A DNA stretch of 64,000 bases from Thiobacillus sp. (lineage in GTDB: Bacteria > Pseudomonadota > Gammaproteobacteria > Burkholderiales > Thiobacillaceae). A program made the translations under genes and the position numbers. The notes below the pieces were generated by a model, which made no database searches, was not told the DNA's origin, and worked only from the letters and a program-made list of their open reading frames with translations. Of this stretch, positions 31,367 to 40,635 are shown one piece after another; position 1 is the stretch's first letter; the number at the start of each line of letters is the position of its first letter. Where the stretch lies: positions 7,375-71,374 of the forward strand of contig JBGAFQ010000002.1 in assembly GCA_044227195.1 (NCBI GenBank), read 5' to 3'.

Positions 31367-31674
31367 TGGGGGAATACGTCGCCATCGCTGCCGCAGACGA
31401 ACTCAAGCCGGCGCAGATGAAGCGCGTCATCGTCGATGGAAAACGGCTACTGCTGTGCAACTCGAACGGCACCCACTACGTCGTCGACGAAATGTGCAGC
31501 CACGAGGACTATTCGCTGTATCTTGGCTGCATCAAGGACGGCAAGATCAAGTGTTCGCTCCACGGCAGCTATTTCGACCTGACAACCGGCGAACCCACCT
31601 GCGATCCGGCCGATACCCCGATCCGTACCTACCCGGTGAAGGTCGAGGCCGGCCAGGTGTGGGTGAAGGGGTAG
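31366..31674 (+). CDS. Stand-alone Rieske [2Fe-2S] ferredoxin
   Basis: CSH...CSLH ligand set, FDLTTG; TGATG coupling to the upstream gene. Confidence 0.92.
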   Translation: MGEYVAIAAADELKPAQMKRVIVDGKRLLLCNSNGTHYVVDEMCSHEDYSLYLGCIKDGKIKCSLHGSYFDLTTGEPTCDPADTPIRTYPVKVEAGQVWVKG

Positions 31675-31744
31675 GGGCTAGGATTCGGGGGGTTGCGCGG
31701 CGCAGCCGCACAAGGCCCCCTAGTCCCTAAATCCCAGCCCCTAC
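31671..31744. repeat. Imperfect inverted repeat with heptamer-like units between convergent genes
   Basis: Arms GTAGGGGCTAGGATTCGGG (31671-31689) and CCTAAATCCCAGCCCCTAC (31726-31744) each include a stop codon. Confidence 0.65.
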
Positions 31745-32286
31745 TTCCCCAGCACCGCCCGAATCGCCGCAACCAGCTCCGGATGGTCGAATTCGCGGCC
31801 GCCTATGGCGCTGGCAACGATGCGCCCCTGCTTGTTCACCAGATAAGTCGTCGGCAGGCCGGCCACTTTCCAGGCCTGCATGGCGTGACTGCGGGTGTCG
31901 AGCAGGATGGGGGAGGCGAGGCTGGCGTCCAGCTGGCTGGTGAAAGTGTGGATCGTGTCCGAGTCCTCGCCGACATCCACCGCCAGCACTTCGAAAGCCT
32001 CGCCGGCAAGCGCGTCCTTCAGGCGCTGCATCGACGGCATTTCGCGCCGGCAGGGCGGACACCAGGTCGCCCAGAAATTCACCAGCACGACCTTGCCGCG
32101 CAGTGCAGCGAGATCGTGTGTCCGGCCGTCGAGGTCCTTGAGCTTCAGCGCCGGCGTGGGTCTGGGCGCCTGCGCACTGAGGCTGTGCGACAGCGGCGGC
32201 AGATCGGCCGCCGCGACGGGCAAGGCGAGGGTGAGGCCCAGCGCGACCAGGCACGTGGGCAGGGGATTACGACGTTTCAGCGGCAC
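31741..32286 (-). CDS. TlpA/ResA-family thiol-disulfide oxidoreductase
   Basis: LVNFWATWCPPCRREMP, GLPTTYLV, signal peptide; GTG start estimated. Confidence 0.9.
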   Translation of the reverse strand: MPLKRRNPLPTCLVALGLTLALPVAAADLPPLSHSLSAQAPRPTPALKLKDLDGRTHDLAALRGKVVLVNFWATWCPPCRREMPSMQRLKDALAGEAFEVLAVDVGEDSDTIHTFTSQLDASLASPILLDTRSHAMQAWKVAGLPTTYLVNKQGRIVASAIGGREFDHPELVAAIRAVLGK

Positions 32287-32824
32287 ATTGCACCTCTTCG
32301 AGGGTTCCAGAAAATGTCTTGCCGTTGGCACGCCAGACGAAGCGCAGGCTGAACCGTTCGCCGCGCGGCACATGGTAAGTCGTCATGCCCTGGTTCCAGT
32401 CGCCCGGCTCGAAGGTCTGGGTTGCGGGGAACTGAGCCCAGTTGAAGGCGATGCGTGCAGACTCGTTCACCCCGAGTTTTTTCCATAGGCGCTCCCATTC
32501 TGTCTTGCTGCGGATCGGCAGGGATTGGCCGGCACGCGCATAGCGCCAGTCGGCCAGACGATGCCGGATGGGCGCGTCGCCGACGTTGCGGACCACGGTC
32601 ATGAAGACGCACTCGGCGGCATAACGTTCCGCGGCTTCGGCAGAAAAGCCGCGCGCCCGATAGAAGGCGCGCGCCTGGTCGGGGCTGATCTGCGTCAGCC
32701 GTATCTGGATGCCGTCGGTTTCGGTCTGCCAGGTGGAAAGCCCGGTCTCGGAATCGAGGCTGGGCGTGCCGGCGTGAGCGACGAGCGGCCATGCCGCGAA
32801 CAGGGTCAGGACGAATCGGCGCAT
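32267..32824 (-). CDS. Exported hypothetical protein
   Basis: Signal peptide ending AHA, host-like codon usage, overlaps the tlpA start. Confidence 0.75.
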   Translation of the reverse strand: MRRFVLTLFAAWPLVAHAGTPSLDSETGLSTWQTETDGIQIRLTQISPDQARAFYRARGFSAEAAERYAAECVFMTVVRNVGDAPIRHRLADWRYARAGQSLPIRSKTEWERLWKKLGVNESARIAFNWAQFPATQTFEPGDWNQGMTTYHVPRGERFSLRFVWRANGKTFSGTLEEVQCAAETS

Positions 32825-32859
32825 GGGCTAGAATCCGGTTTCAATCGCACGAGCAGATT

Positions 32860-33786
32860 ATGGCAGACCCCATCCAGCACAAGGGCGCGGCGAAAACCGC
32901 GCGCATCCCGATCAAGATCGTCCCCCAGGAGAGGCAGCGCCTGCCGCCGTGGATCCGCGCCAAGGCGCCGAGCCTGCCCAACGTCGGCCGGCTCAAGGGC
33001 ATCCTGCGCGAGGCCAAACTGCACACGGTGTGCGAGGAAGCCTCGTGCCCCAATCTCGGCGAATGCTTCGGCCACGGCACCGCCACCTTCATGATCCTCG
33101 GCGACCTCTGCACCCGGCGCTGCCCGTTCTGCGACGTCGGCCACGGCACGCCGCTGCCGCCCGACGCCGACGAGCCGCGCCATCTGGCCGACACCATCGC
33201 GGCGATGGCGCTGAAATACGTGGTCATCACCAGCGTCGACCGCGACGACCTGCGCGACGGCGGCGCGCAGCATTTCGCCGACTGCATCCGCGCCGTGCGT
33301 GAGGCTTCGCCCGCGACCCGGATCGAAATCCTCACCCCGGATTTCCGCGGCCGCCTGGACAGGGCACTGGCGATTCTGGGCGAGGCGCCACCGGACGTGA
33401 TGAATCACAACCTCGAAACCGTGCCGCGCCTGTACAAGGCCGCGCGCCCGGGCGCGGACTACGCGCACTCGCTGAAACTGCTGAAAGACTTCAAGGCCGC
33501 GCATCCCGGCATTCCAACCAAATCCGGCCTCATGCTGGGGCTGGGCGAGGAAGACGACGAAATCCTGCAGGTGATGCGCGACTTGCGCGCGCACGACGTC
33601 GACATGCTCACGCTCGGCCAGTACCTCCAGCCGTCGAAGCACCATTTGCCGGTGCTGCGTTTCGTCACCCCCGAGCGCTTCGCCCAGTTCGAACAGGAAG
33701 CGCTGGCGATGGGTTTTAAACATGCGGCCTGCGGGCCGATGGTGCGGTCGAGCTATCACGCGGATCAGCAAGCGATGGGCGTATAG
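32860..33786 (+). CDS. lipA: Lipoyl synthase
   Basis: [24 protein letters not shown]. Confidence 0.97.
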   Translation: MADPIQHKGAAKTARIPIKIVPQERQRLPPWIRAKAPSLPNVGRLKGILREAKLHTVCEEASCPNLGECFGHGTATFMILGDLCTRRCPFCDVGHGTPLPPDADEPRHLADTIAAMALKYVVITSVDRDDLRDGGAQHFADCIRAVREASPATRIEILTPDFRGRLDRALAILGEAPPDVMNHNLETVPRLYKAARPGADYAHSLKLLKDFKAAHPGIPTKSGLMLGLGEEDDEILQVMRDLRAHDVDMLTLGQYLQPSKHHLPVLRFVTPERFAQFEQEALAMGFKHAACGPMVRSSYHADQQAMGV

Positions 33787-33819
33787 AAAAATGGTAGTTC
33801 GACGGGAGGGGAGCGCAGA

Positions 33820-36717
33820 ATGTCGTTTGGCATGCGTGGGGTGATCGCGGCGTGCGTCGCCGCACTGAATTTGATCTGGACAGGCCCGGTGTTGGGCGGC
33901 GTGAAAGCGGAGAGCAAGCCGCCCGCAAAGCGCGCCGGATCTGCGGTTGCCTTGCAACAGACGGATGAGTCGGTTCGGTCCGAGTCCTTTCAGTACGCCA
34001 TCAGTCAGCTGCCTGATTTCGTCGTTCGCCTCCCCGACCCGGACGCGAGGATCCAGTTCGCGCACGATGTGACGGATGTTCAGGTGATGCTGATGGATCG
34101 CCAGATTTCTCTGCTGGGCGCCGAACCTGTCGAGTACGTGCGCATTGCATTCCGCCCGCTGAACAGTCAGGGCGTGCAAGCAGCTTCGCAATTGCATTTG
34201 GGTTTCATCCCCGCCTATCAACGGCTGACCCTGCATCGCATACGCGTGATGCGCGACGGCAAGACGCTGGACCTGACGCGTGCGGTCAAGTTGGATCTGC
34301 TGCGGCGCGAGAAAAATCTCGAAAGCAATTTGTTCGAAGGTGAAGTGACCGCATTGGCGGTGCTGCCCGACGTACGTGTCGGCGATGTGGTCGATTACGA
34401 GTACAGCGTTGGCGGGAGCAATCCCATTTTCGGGAAACGCTACGCAACGCGGCTGAATATCAGTCGTCCATTTCCGGTTGATGCGCTGCATCTGCGCCTG
34501 CTGGTTCCGGATAAGCGCGCGATCCAGGTACGTACATCGACAGGCGTATCGATCGAGCAGAGTGTGAAGGGCGGCATCCGGCAATACGAAGTGACCCGCA
34601 AGGCGGTCGCACCCGTGATCGAGGAAGCGGAGCAGCCGCTCTGGTACGACCCGGGTTTACGCGTCGAAATTAGCGAATACGCCGACTGGGCCGAGGTTCA
34701 GAAATGGGCCGAGGAATTGTTCAGGCAATCGGACCAACTGTCGCCCCAGATTCAGCAACAGTTGGCGAAATGGCGGGATGCACAATTACCGCCCCAACAA
34801 CTGGTAGGCGAAGTTTTGCGTTGGGTGCAGGGTGAAGTGCGCTATTTCGGCATCGAGCTCGGGATGAATTCCCATCTGCCCGTGCATCCCAATCTGACGA
34901 TGGAACGTCGTTTTGGCGATTGCAAGGACAAGAGCCTTTTATTGGCGACGATGCTGAATCAGCTGGGCGTTCAGGCCCAGCCGGCGCTGGCGTCGATCAA
35001 ATACCAGCGCGCGGTAGGCGCGGCATTGCCGTCCCCCGCCGTATTCGATCATGCCATCGTCAAAGTTATGCTGGATGGCAAGACGTGGTGGCTGGATGCT
35101 ACGCGCCCGCCGCAATTCGGAACGCTCGCCTCGATAGGCGCATACGATTTCGGTAAAGTGCTGGTGCTGGGTGATGGCACGACGGGTTTGCAGGATGCGG
35201 GCTATCCCCCGGGCTACATCGAACGGCAGCCCGGCGTGGATCGCTATATCCTGAAGTCCCTGCGCGACCCGGTGGAACTGGTGTCAGAGGCCACGTATTC
35301 GGGCGGTAGCGCAGAAAGCGTGCGTCAGGCGATCGCCGTCCTGCCCAAGGACGAGCTTGCCAAACGAGTACGTGCCTTTTTGCTGCGCTTGCTCCCGACC
35401 GCCACGGCACAGGGCGATATCGAAATCCAGGACGATCAGGCCGGAAATCGCGTCACGCTCACCGCGCGCTATCGTATCGACGACCTGTTCCGCTACGAGC
35501 CGGGCAAACTGACCGCGGATATTCCGGTGACGGTCTTGCTGTCCAATCTGAACACCCCTCAGATCCCCCAGCGAAACGCACCTTTCAGTCTGCCCTACAC
35601 AATGCGGTTCGCCCAATCGATCATTGTTGAATTGCCGGACAACCCGATCCGAAACGTACCCGAGGATGAAGCGAATCGCGGTACCTACTGGAGTCTGCGT
35701 ACGCACTATCGATCGGACAAGGACCGGTTCGAGGTCGATTATGCCTTGCAGGCAAACAAGGAAACCGTGCCTGCGTCGGCGATGCCTGCCTTTATCGATG
35801 AGACGCTGGGACTCAGGCGCAAAACGACCTTGACGGCCACGCTGAGGGTCGCGGAATTGTCCGAGCAGGATCGGCGCAAACTCAGCCAGTCGCTGTCCCG
35901 GTACGATCATTTTGGGAAAACGCGATCCGACGGCGTGAATGCCGAAATAGGGGCGCATGTGGATAGCCTGCAGATCACTCGAGACATCGCATCAGGCAAA
36001 CTAACCGACAGGCAACTGGCGCAAGCCTACAGTCTGCGCGCCGTGGCTTGGGACAATCTGGGCGAAGTCGAGGCGGCCTTGAAGGATATCCGCGCCGCTG
36101 TCGACCTTATGCCGGGCAATGCAGAGTACCGGTTTACGTACGGCACGATCCTGCTTGGTGCCGGACAGGCGGGCGAAGCGCTACAGGTATTCGAACGGGC
36201 CGCGCAACTGAGCGCAGACAAGATCGATGCCTTTCATCAGCGACTGATGGGCGTGGCTTTGCATTATCTGGGGCGTGAACGGGAAGCCGTCGTGCAACTG
36301 ACGCAAAGCTTCGATGCAAGCGATGGGGAGGCTGCCCTATATTCAGCCTTGTGGCAGCATCTGGCCGCGAAACGTTCGCACGCTGCGTCCTCGGTTCTCG
36401 AATCCCAACTGGACAGGGTTATGGTGCGCACGTGGCCGTACCCTGTCGCAGAAATGCTGCTGGGGCGTGTCAGTCCGGATCAACTGCTGGTGCGTGCCGA
36501 GTCCGACGACAAGGGTATGCAACGCGACCGACTATGCGAGGCCTATTTCTACATCGGGCAGAAGTACTTGCTGGACGGCCAGAAGGAACAAGCGCGGAGT
36601 GCATTCGAGAAAAGCGCCGCGCAGGAAGTTTTTCCATTCGGCGAATACGGCTACGCATTGCACGAACTGGGCAGGGTAAAAGCCCCGAGACGGGAGAAAT
36701 CCTGGTTCGAATTCTGA
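33820..36717 (+). CDS. DUF3857/transglutaminase-like protein with C-terminal TPR/NlpI-like domain
   Basis: Signal peptide, VRVGDVVDYEY, GDC368KDK, FDH411AI, WLD426AT, TPRs, RLCEAYFYIG..FGEY. Confidence 0.82.
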   Translation: MSFGMRGVIAACVAALNLIWTGPVLGGVKAESKPPAKRAGSAVALQQTDESVRSESFQYAISQLPDFVVRLPDPDARIQFAHDVTDVQVMLMDRQISLLGAEPVEYVRIAFRPLNSQGVQAASQLHLGFIPAYQRLTLHRIRVMRDGKTLDLTRAVKLDLLRREKNLESNLFEGEVTALAVLPDVRVGDVVDYEYSVGGSNPIFGKRYATRLNISRPFPVDALHLRLLVPDKRAIQVRTSTGVSIEQSVKGGIRQYEVTRKAVAPVIEEAEQPLWYDPGLRVEISEYADWAEVQKWAEELFRQSDQLSPQIQQQLAKWRDAQLPPQQLVGEVLRWVQGEVRYFGIELGMNSHLPVHPNLTMERRFGDCKDKSLLLATMLNQLGVQAQPALASIKYQRAVGAALPSPAVFDHAIVKVMLDGKTWWLDATRPPQFGTLASIGAYDFGKVLVLGDGTTGLQDAGYPPGYIERQPGVDRYILKSLRDPVELVSEATYSGGSAESVRQAIAVLPKDELAKRVRAFLLRLLPTATAQGDIEIQDDQAGNRVTLTARYRIDDLFRYEPGKLTADIPVTVLLSNLNTPQIPQRNAPFSLPYTMRFAQSIIVELPDNPIRNVPEDEANRGTYWSLRTHYRSDKDRFEVDYALQANKETVPASAMPAFIDETLGLRRKTTLTATLRVAELSEQDRRKLSQSLSRYDHFGKTRSDGVNAEIGAHVDSLQITRDIASGKLTDRQLAQAYSLRAVAWDNLGEVEAALKDIRAAVDLMPGNAEYRFTYGTILLGAGQAGEALQVFERAAQLSADKIDAFHQRLMGVALHYLGREREAVVQLTQSFDASDGEAALYSALWQHLAAKRSHAASSVLESQLDRVMVRTWPYPVAEMLLGRVSPDQLLVRAESDDKGMQRDRLCEAYFYIGQKYLLDGQKEQARSAFEKSAAQEVFPFGEYGYALHELGRVKAPRREKSWFEF

Positions 36718-36772
36718 CAGGGGTTCAGGGCGACTCGACGCCGCAATTTCGATACTGGACGTGCGGCAGAAG

Positions 36773-37541
36773 CTACTTCAATAGGCGCCTGCGCGTCAGT
36801 GCCAGGGCGACGACGTAGCCGATGCCGCCGTAAGCGAGCAGGGCAAACACGTGCAGGGCGATGCCTTGCGGAACTTGGCCGACGACCAGCGGCCGCGCCA
36901 GATCGATGGCATGGGTGAGCGGCAGCCAGGCCGACACCGCCTGCAGCAGCGGCGGCAGTTGCGATACCGGGAAGAACACGCCGCACAGCAGTACCATGGG
37001 CGTGATCGCGAGCGTGAAGTAATAGAGGAAGAAATCGTAGCTCGGCGACACCGCGTTCATCACCAGGCCCATGCCGCCGAAGCAGAAGCCGACCAGCGCA
37101 ACGACGGGAATGATGGCGAGCGTAAGCCAGAAATTGCCGTACAGCCCCAGTCCCCAGATCACTGCGAGGATCGCCAGCCCGGACAGCAGACTCTTCGACA
37201 CCGCCCAGGCGAGTTCGCCGAACAGCACATCATCGAGCGTCATCGGTGCGTTGAGGATGGCGTCCCAGGTGCGTTGCACGTGCATGCGCGAGAAACTCGA
37301 ATACAGCACCTCGAAGGTCGCGGCGTTCATGGTGCTGTAGGCGACGGTACCGGCGGCGAGGAAGCTGAGATAGGACATGCCGCCCACTTCCGGCAGCAGG
37401 CTGCCCAGACCGTAACCCAGGCCAAGCATGTAGAGCATGGGGTCGGCGAGGTTACCGAGGATGGACGGGATGGCGAGCTTCTTCCACACCAGATAGTTGC
37501 GTTGCCACACCGGGACGAAGCGCCAGGACAGACGCGGGAGC

Positions 37542-37549
<8 letters not shown>
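36773..37549 (-). CDS. nodJ: NodJ-like ABC-2 permease
   Basis: [34 protein letters not shown]. Confidence 0.85.
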
Positions 37550-38440
<891 letters not shown>

Positions 38441-38447
<7 letters not shown>

Positions 38448-39043
38448 GGGCAGGCCTCCATGAAGGCCTGTTTCAATTCCTTGAGCTTGCCGTGGAAGAA
38501 GTGGCCGGCTTCGGGGATGGTCTTGATCGTGAGTCCCTGTTGCTCGGCCCACAGGCGGATCGCGGCGGGCGGAATGAGCTCGTCGGCGTCGCCGAAGATG
38601 ACGACCGTATCCTCGGGCACGGGGTCGAATTCGTACATGGTGACGGCGGGGGCGACCAGGATCAGGCGGCGGGCGTCGAGCTGCTGGCGCAGGCGGTGCT
38701 GCACGAAGGCGCCGAAGGAGAAACCGGCCAGCGCCCAGGGCAGGCCGGGGTAGCTGGCTTCGACGAAACGCGCGACGGCGAGCAGATCGTCGGTTTCGCC
38801 GTTGCCGGCATCGAATGCCCCGTCGCTCATGCCGACGCCGCGAAAGTTGGGGCGCACGCTCACCCAGCCGGCCTCGTTGGCGGCTTTGGCGAGCGTGGTA
38901 ACGACCTTGTTGTCGAGGCTGCCGCCGTGCAGGGGATGCGGGTGCGCCACCAGCAGCAGGCCGCGACGCTCGGATTCCGGGTCGTCGATCACGGTTTCCA
39001 GCTTGCCGACCGAAACCGGGATGCGCAGCTTGTAGCGCTTCAC
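38441..39043 (-). CDS. Alpha/beta hydrolase
   Basis: [21 protein letters not shown] nucleophile, D and GHFFHG. Confidence 0.88.
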
Positions 39044-39054
39044 TTAGACCGACT

Positions 39055-39372
39055 TCATTTCAATTGCAGGCGCTCGACGATGCGGCCCTGCTTCAGATGC
39101 TGCTCGAAGATCTCGTCGATGTCGGCCTCGTCCACGTAGGTGTACCAGACACCTTCGGGGTAGACGACCAGCAGCGGGCCTTCGTCGCAGCGGTCCATGC
39201 AGCCGGCGCTGTTGATGCGGCATTTGCCTTCGCCGTTGAGGTTGGCCTGCTTGACCTTCTTCTTCAGGTAGTCGCGCATGCGCTGGCCGCCGGCCTCGCC
39301 GCAACATTTGGCGCCGTCGTCGCGCTGGTTGGTGCAGAAGAATACGTGGTGCTTGAAATAGGCTTCAGTCAT
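39055..39372 (-). CDS. Thioredoxin-like [2Fe-2S] ferredoxin
   Basis: [29 protein letters not shown]. Confidence 0.9.
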   Translation of the reverse strand: MTEAYFKHHVFFCTNQRDDGAKCCGEAGGQRMRDYLKKKVKQANLNGEGKCRINSAGCMDRCDEGPLLVVYPEGVWYTYVDEADIDEIFEQHLKQGRIVERLQLK

Positions 39373-39748
39373 CTTGGGGCAGTTCCGAATATTTGAGGGC
39401 GTTGCCGTGCGCCTTCTCGACCGGATACTTGCGTGCGTTGATTTCCAGTTTCGAAGCGGCGGCGTCGAGCAGGTCGATGTCCAGCAGATCGGCCAGTCGC
39501 GTCAGGTAGATCAGCACGTCGGCGATTTCCTGCCGCACCGCCTCGCGCTGGTCCGCGTTCAGCGCCTGGCTCTGCTCGGGCGTCAGCCACTGGAAGGGCT
39601 CCAGCAGTTCGGCCGCCTCCACGGCAAGCGCCATCGCCAGGTTCTTGGGCGTATGGTAGCGTTCCCAGGCGCGCGCTTCGGCGAATTCGCGGATGCGAAG
39701 CCTGAGCGTGGCGAGACTGGCGACGGCGGGCGCATTCATGGCCAGCAT
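39365..39748 (-). CDS. MazG-like nucleotide pyrophosphohydrolase
   Basis: HTPKNLAMALAVEAAELLE, EIADVLIYL, NARKYP. The start may be 39739. Confidence 0.88.
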   Translation of the reverse strand: MLAMNAPAVASLATLRLRIREFAEARAWERYHTPKNLAMALAVEAAELLEPFQWLTPEQSQALNADQREAVRQEIADVLIYLTRLADLLDIDLLDAAASKLEINARKYPVEKAHGNALKYSELPQDD

Positions 39749-39762
39749 GATACCCCGGCATG

Positions 39763-39798
39763 CGTCGGCCTTACGACAGCGCTGTCGAATCCCCGACG
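39763..39798. promoter_or_regulatory. Tandem GTCG-N6-CGAC palindromes, putative enhancer (UAS)
   Basis: GTCG-GCCTTA-CGAC (39764-39777) and GTCG-AATCCC-CGAC (39784-39797), centres 20 bp apart, upstream of a sigma54 promoter. Confidence 0.6.
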
Positions 39799-39861
39799 GT
39801 GTCGGCCCGGGAGCGTCGCTTTGTCAGGTGGACTGGTGGGGGTTGGGGCGCCCGGTTGGGC

Positions 39862-39877
39862 TGGCCTGCGGTTTGCT
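39862..39877 (+). promoter_or_regulatory. Sigma54 -24/-12 promoter for the EPS locus
   Basis: TGGCCTGCGGTTTGCT with exact spacing, about 80 nt upstream of the wza-like ATG. Confidence 0.65.
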
Positions 39878-39954
39878 TGCTGTCTTGGGGCTGAAACCGA
39901 ATTTCAGGTCTGCTCTGGCATAATGCCCCGCAGATCAACTGTATATAAGGGAGG

Positions 39955-40584
39955 ATGGACATGTTCACGATCAACAAGCATCTCGCGCGCGCCGGTGTGG
40001 TGTTGGCGGTTGCCATGCTGGCGGGCTGTTCCAGCACGCCGACCTATCCGCCCGCGCCCGCGCAGACCGGCAGCTACGACTGGAACTACCTGATCGGCCC
40101 GGGCGACTCGGTCAACGTCTTCGTCTGGCGCAATCCGGAAGTCTCCGGTTCCTTCCCCGTCCGCCCCGACGGCAAGATGACCATGAACCTGGTCGAGGAC
40201 ATCCAGGCCTCCGGCAAGACTCCCACCCAGCTTGCGCGCGACATCGAGAAGGCGCTGGCTAAATACATCCAGGAGCCCATCGTCACGGTGATCGTCGCCG
40301 GCGGCATCGGGCCCTTCGACCAGCAGATCCGCGTGGTCGGCGAGGCCGCCAAGCCGCAGGCGCTGAACTACCGCGAGCACATGAGCCTGATCGACCTGAT
40401 GATCTCGGTCGGCGGCCTGACCGATTTCGCGGCCGGAAACAAGGCCTACATCCTGCGTACGGTGGACGGCAAACAGGAACGTCTCGGCGTGCGTCTGGAA
40501 GACCTGCTCAAGGGCGGCGACATTTCGGCCAACGTCGACATGCGCCCGGGCGACGTGCTGGTCGTGCCCGAGAGTCTGTTCTGA
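39955..40584 (+). CDS. XrtA/PEP-CTERM polysaccharide export lipoprotein (Wza-like)
   Basis: Lipobox LAGC, YLIGPGD, VRPDGK, SLBB domain, VVPESLF end. Confidence 0.92.
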   Translation: MDMFTINKHLARAGVVLAVAMLAGCSSTPTYPPAPAQTGSYDWNYLIGPGDSVNVFVWRNPEVSGSFPVRPDGKMTMNLVEDIQASGKTPTQLARDIEKALAKYIQEPIVTVIVAGGIGPFDQQIRVVGEAAKPQALNYREHMSLIDLMISVGGLTDFAAGNKAYILRTVDGKQERLGVRLEDLLKGGDISANVDMRPGDVLVVPESLF

Positions 40585-40595
40585 CACAAGTAAAC

Positions 40596-40620
40596 GCGCT
40601 GCCCACGGGCAGCGCTTTTT
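40596..40620 (+). terminator. Intrinsic terminator-like hairpin between wza and wzc
   Basis: GCGCTGCC-CACG-GGCAGCGC followed by TTTTT. Confidence 0.7.
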
Positions 40621-40635
40621 GATGGGTCGTACCGC

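Noticed and set aside
31366-31674. Rieske ferredoxin as in-trans partner of the CMAH-like protein
   Set aside because: The genes are 30 kb apart under different regulatory signals, and nothing in the sequence links them.
35302-35313. ops-like GGCGGTAG
   Set aside because: It lacks the terminal TG and lies mid-CDS rather than in a leader.
33787-36772. Prophage or integrative island around the transglutaminase gene
   Set aside because: No integrase, tRNA, att-like direct repeats or IS ends are visible.
39916-39932. TGGCATAATGCCCCGCA as a sigma54 promoter
   Set aside because: The GG-to-GC spacing is one base too long and TT is missing; 39862-39877 fits properly.
40560-40584. VVPESLF as a PEP-CTERM sorting signal
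   Set aside because: No TM helix or basic tail follows; this is the normal end of the Wza-like protein.
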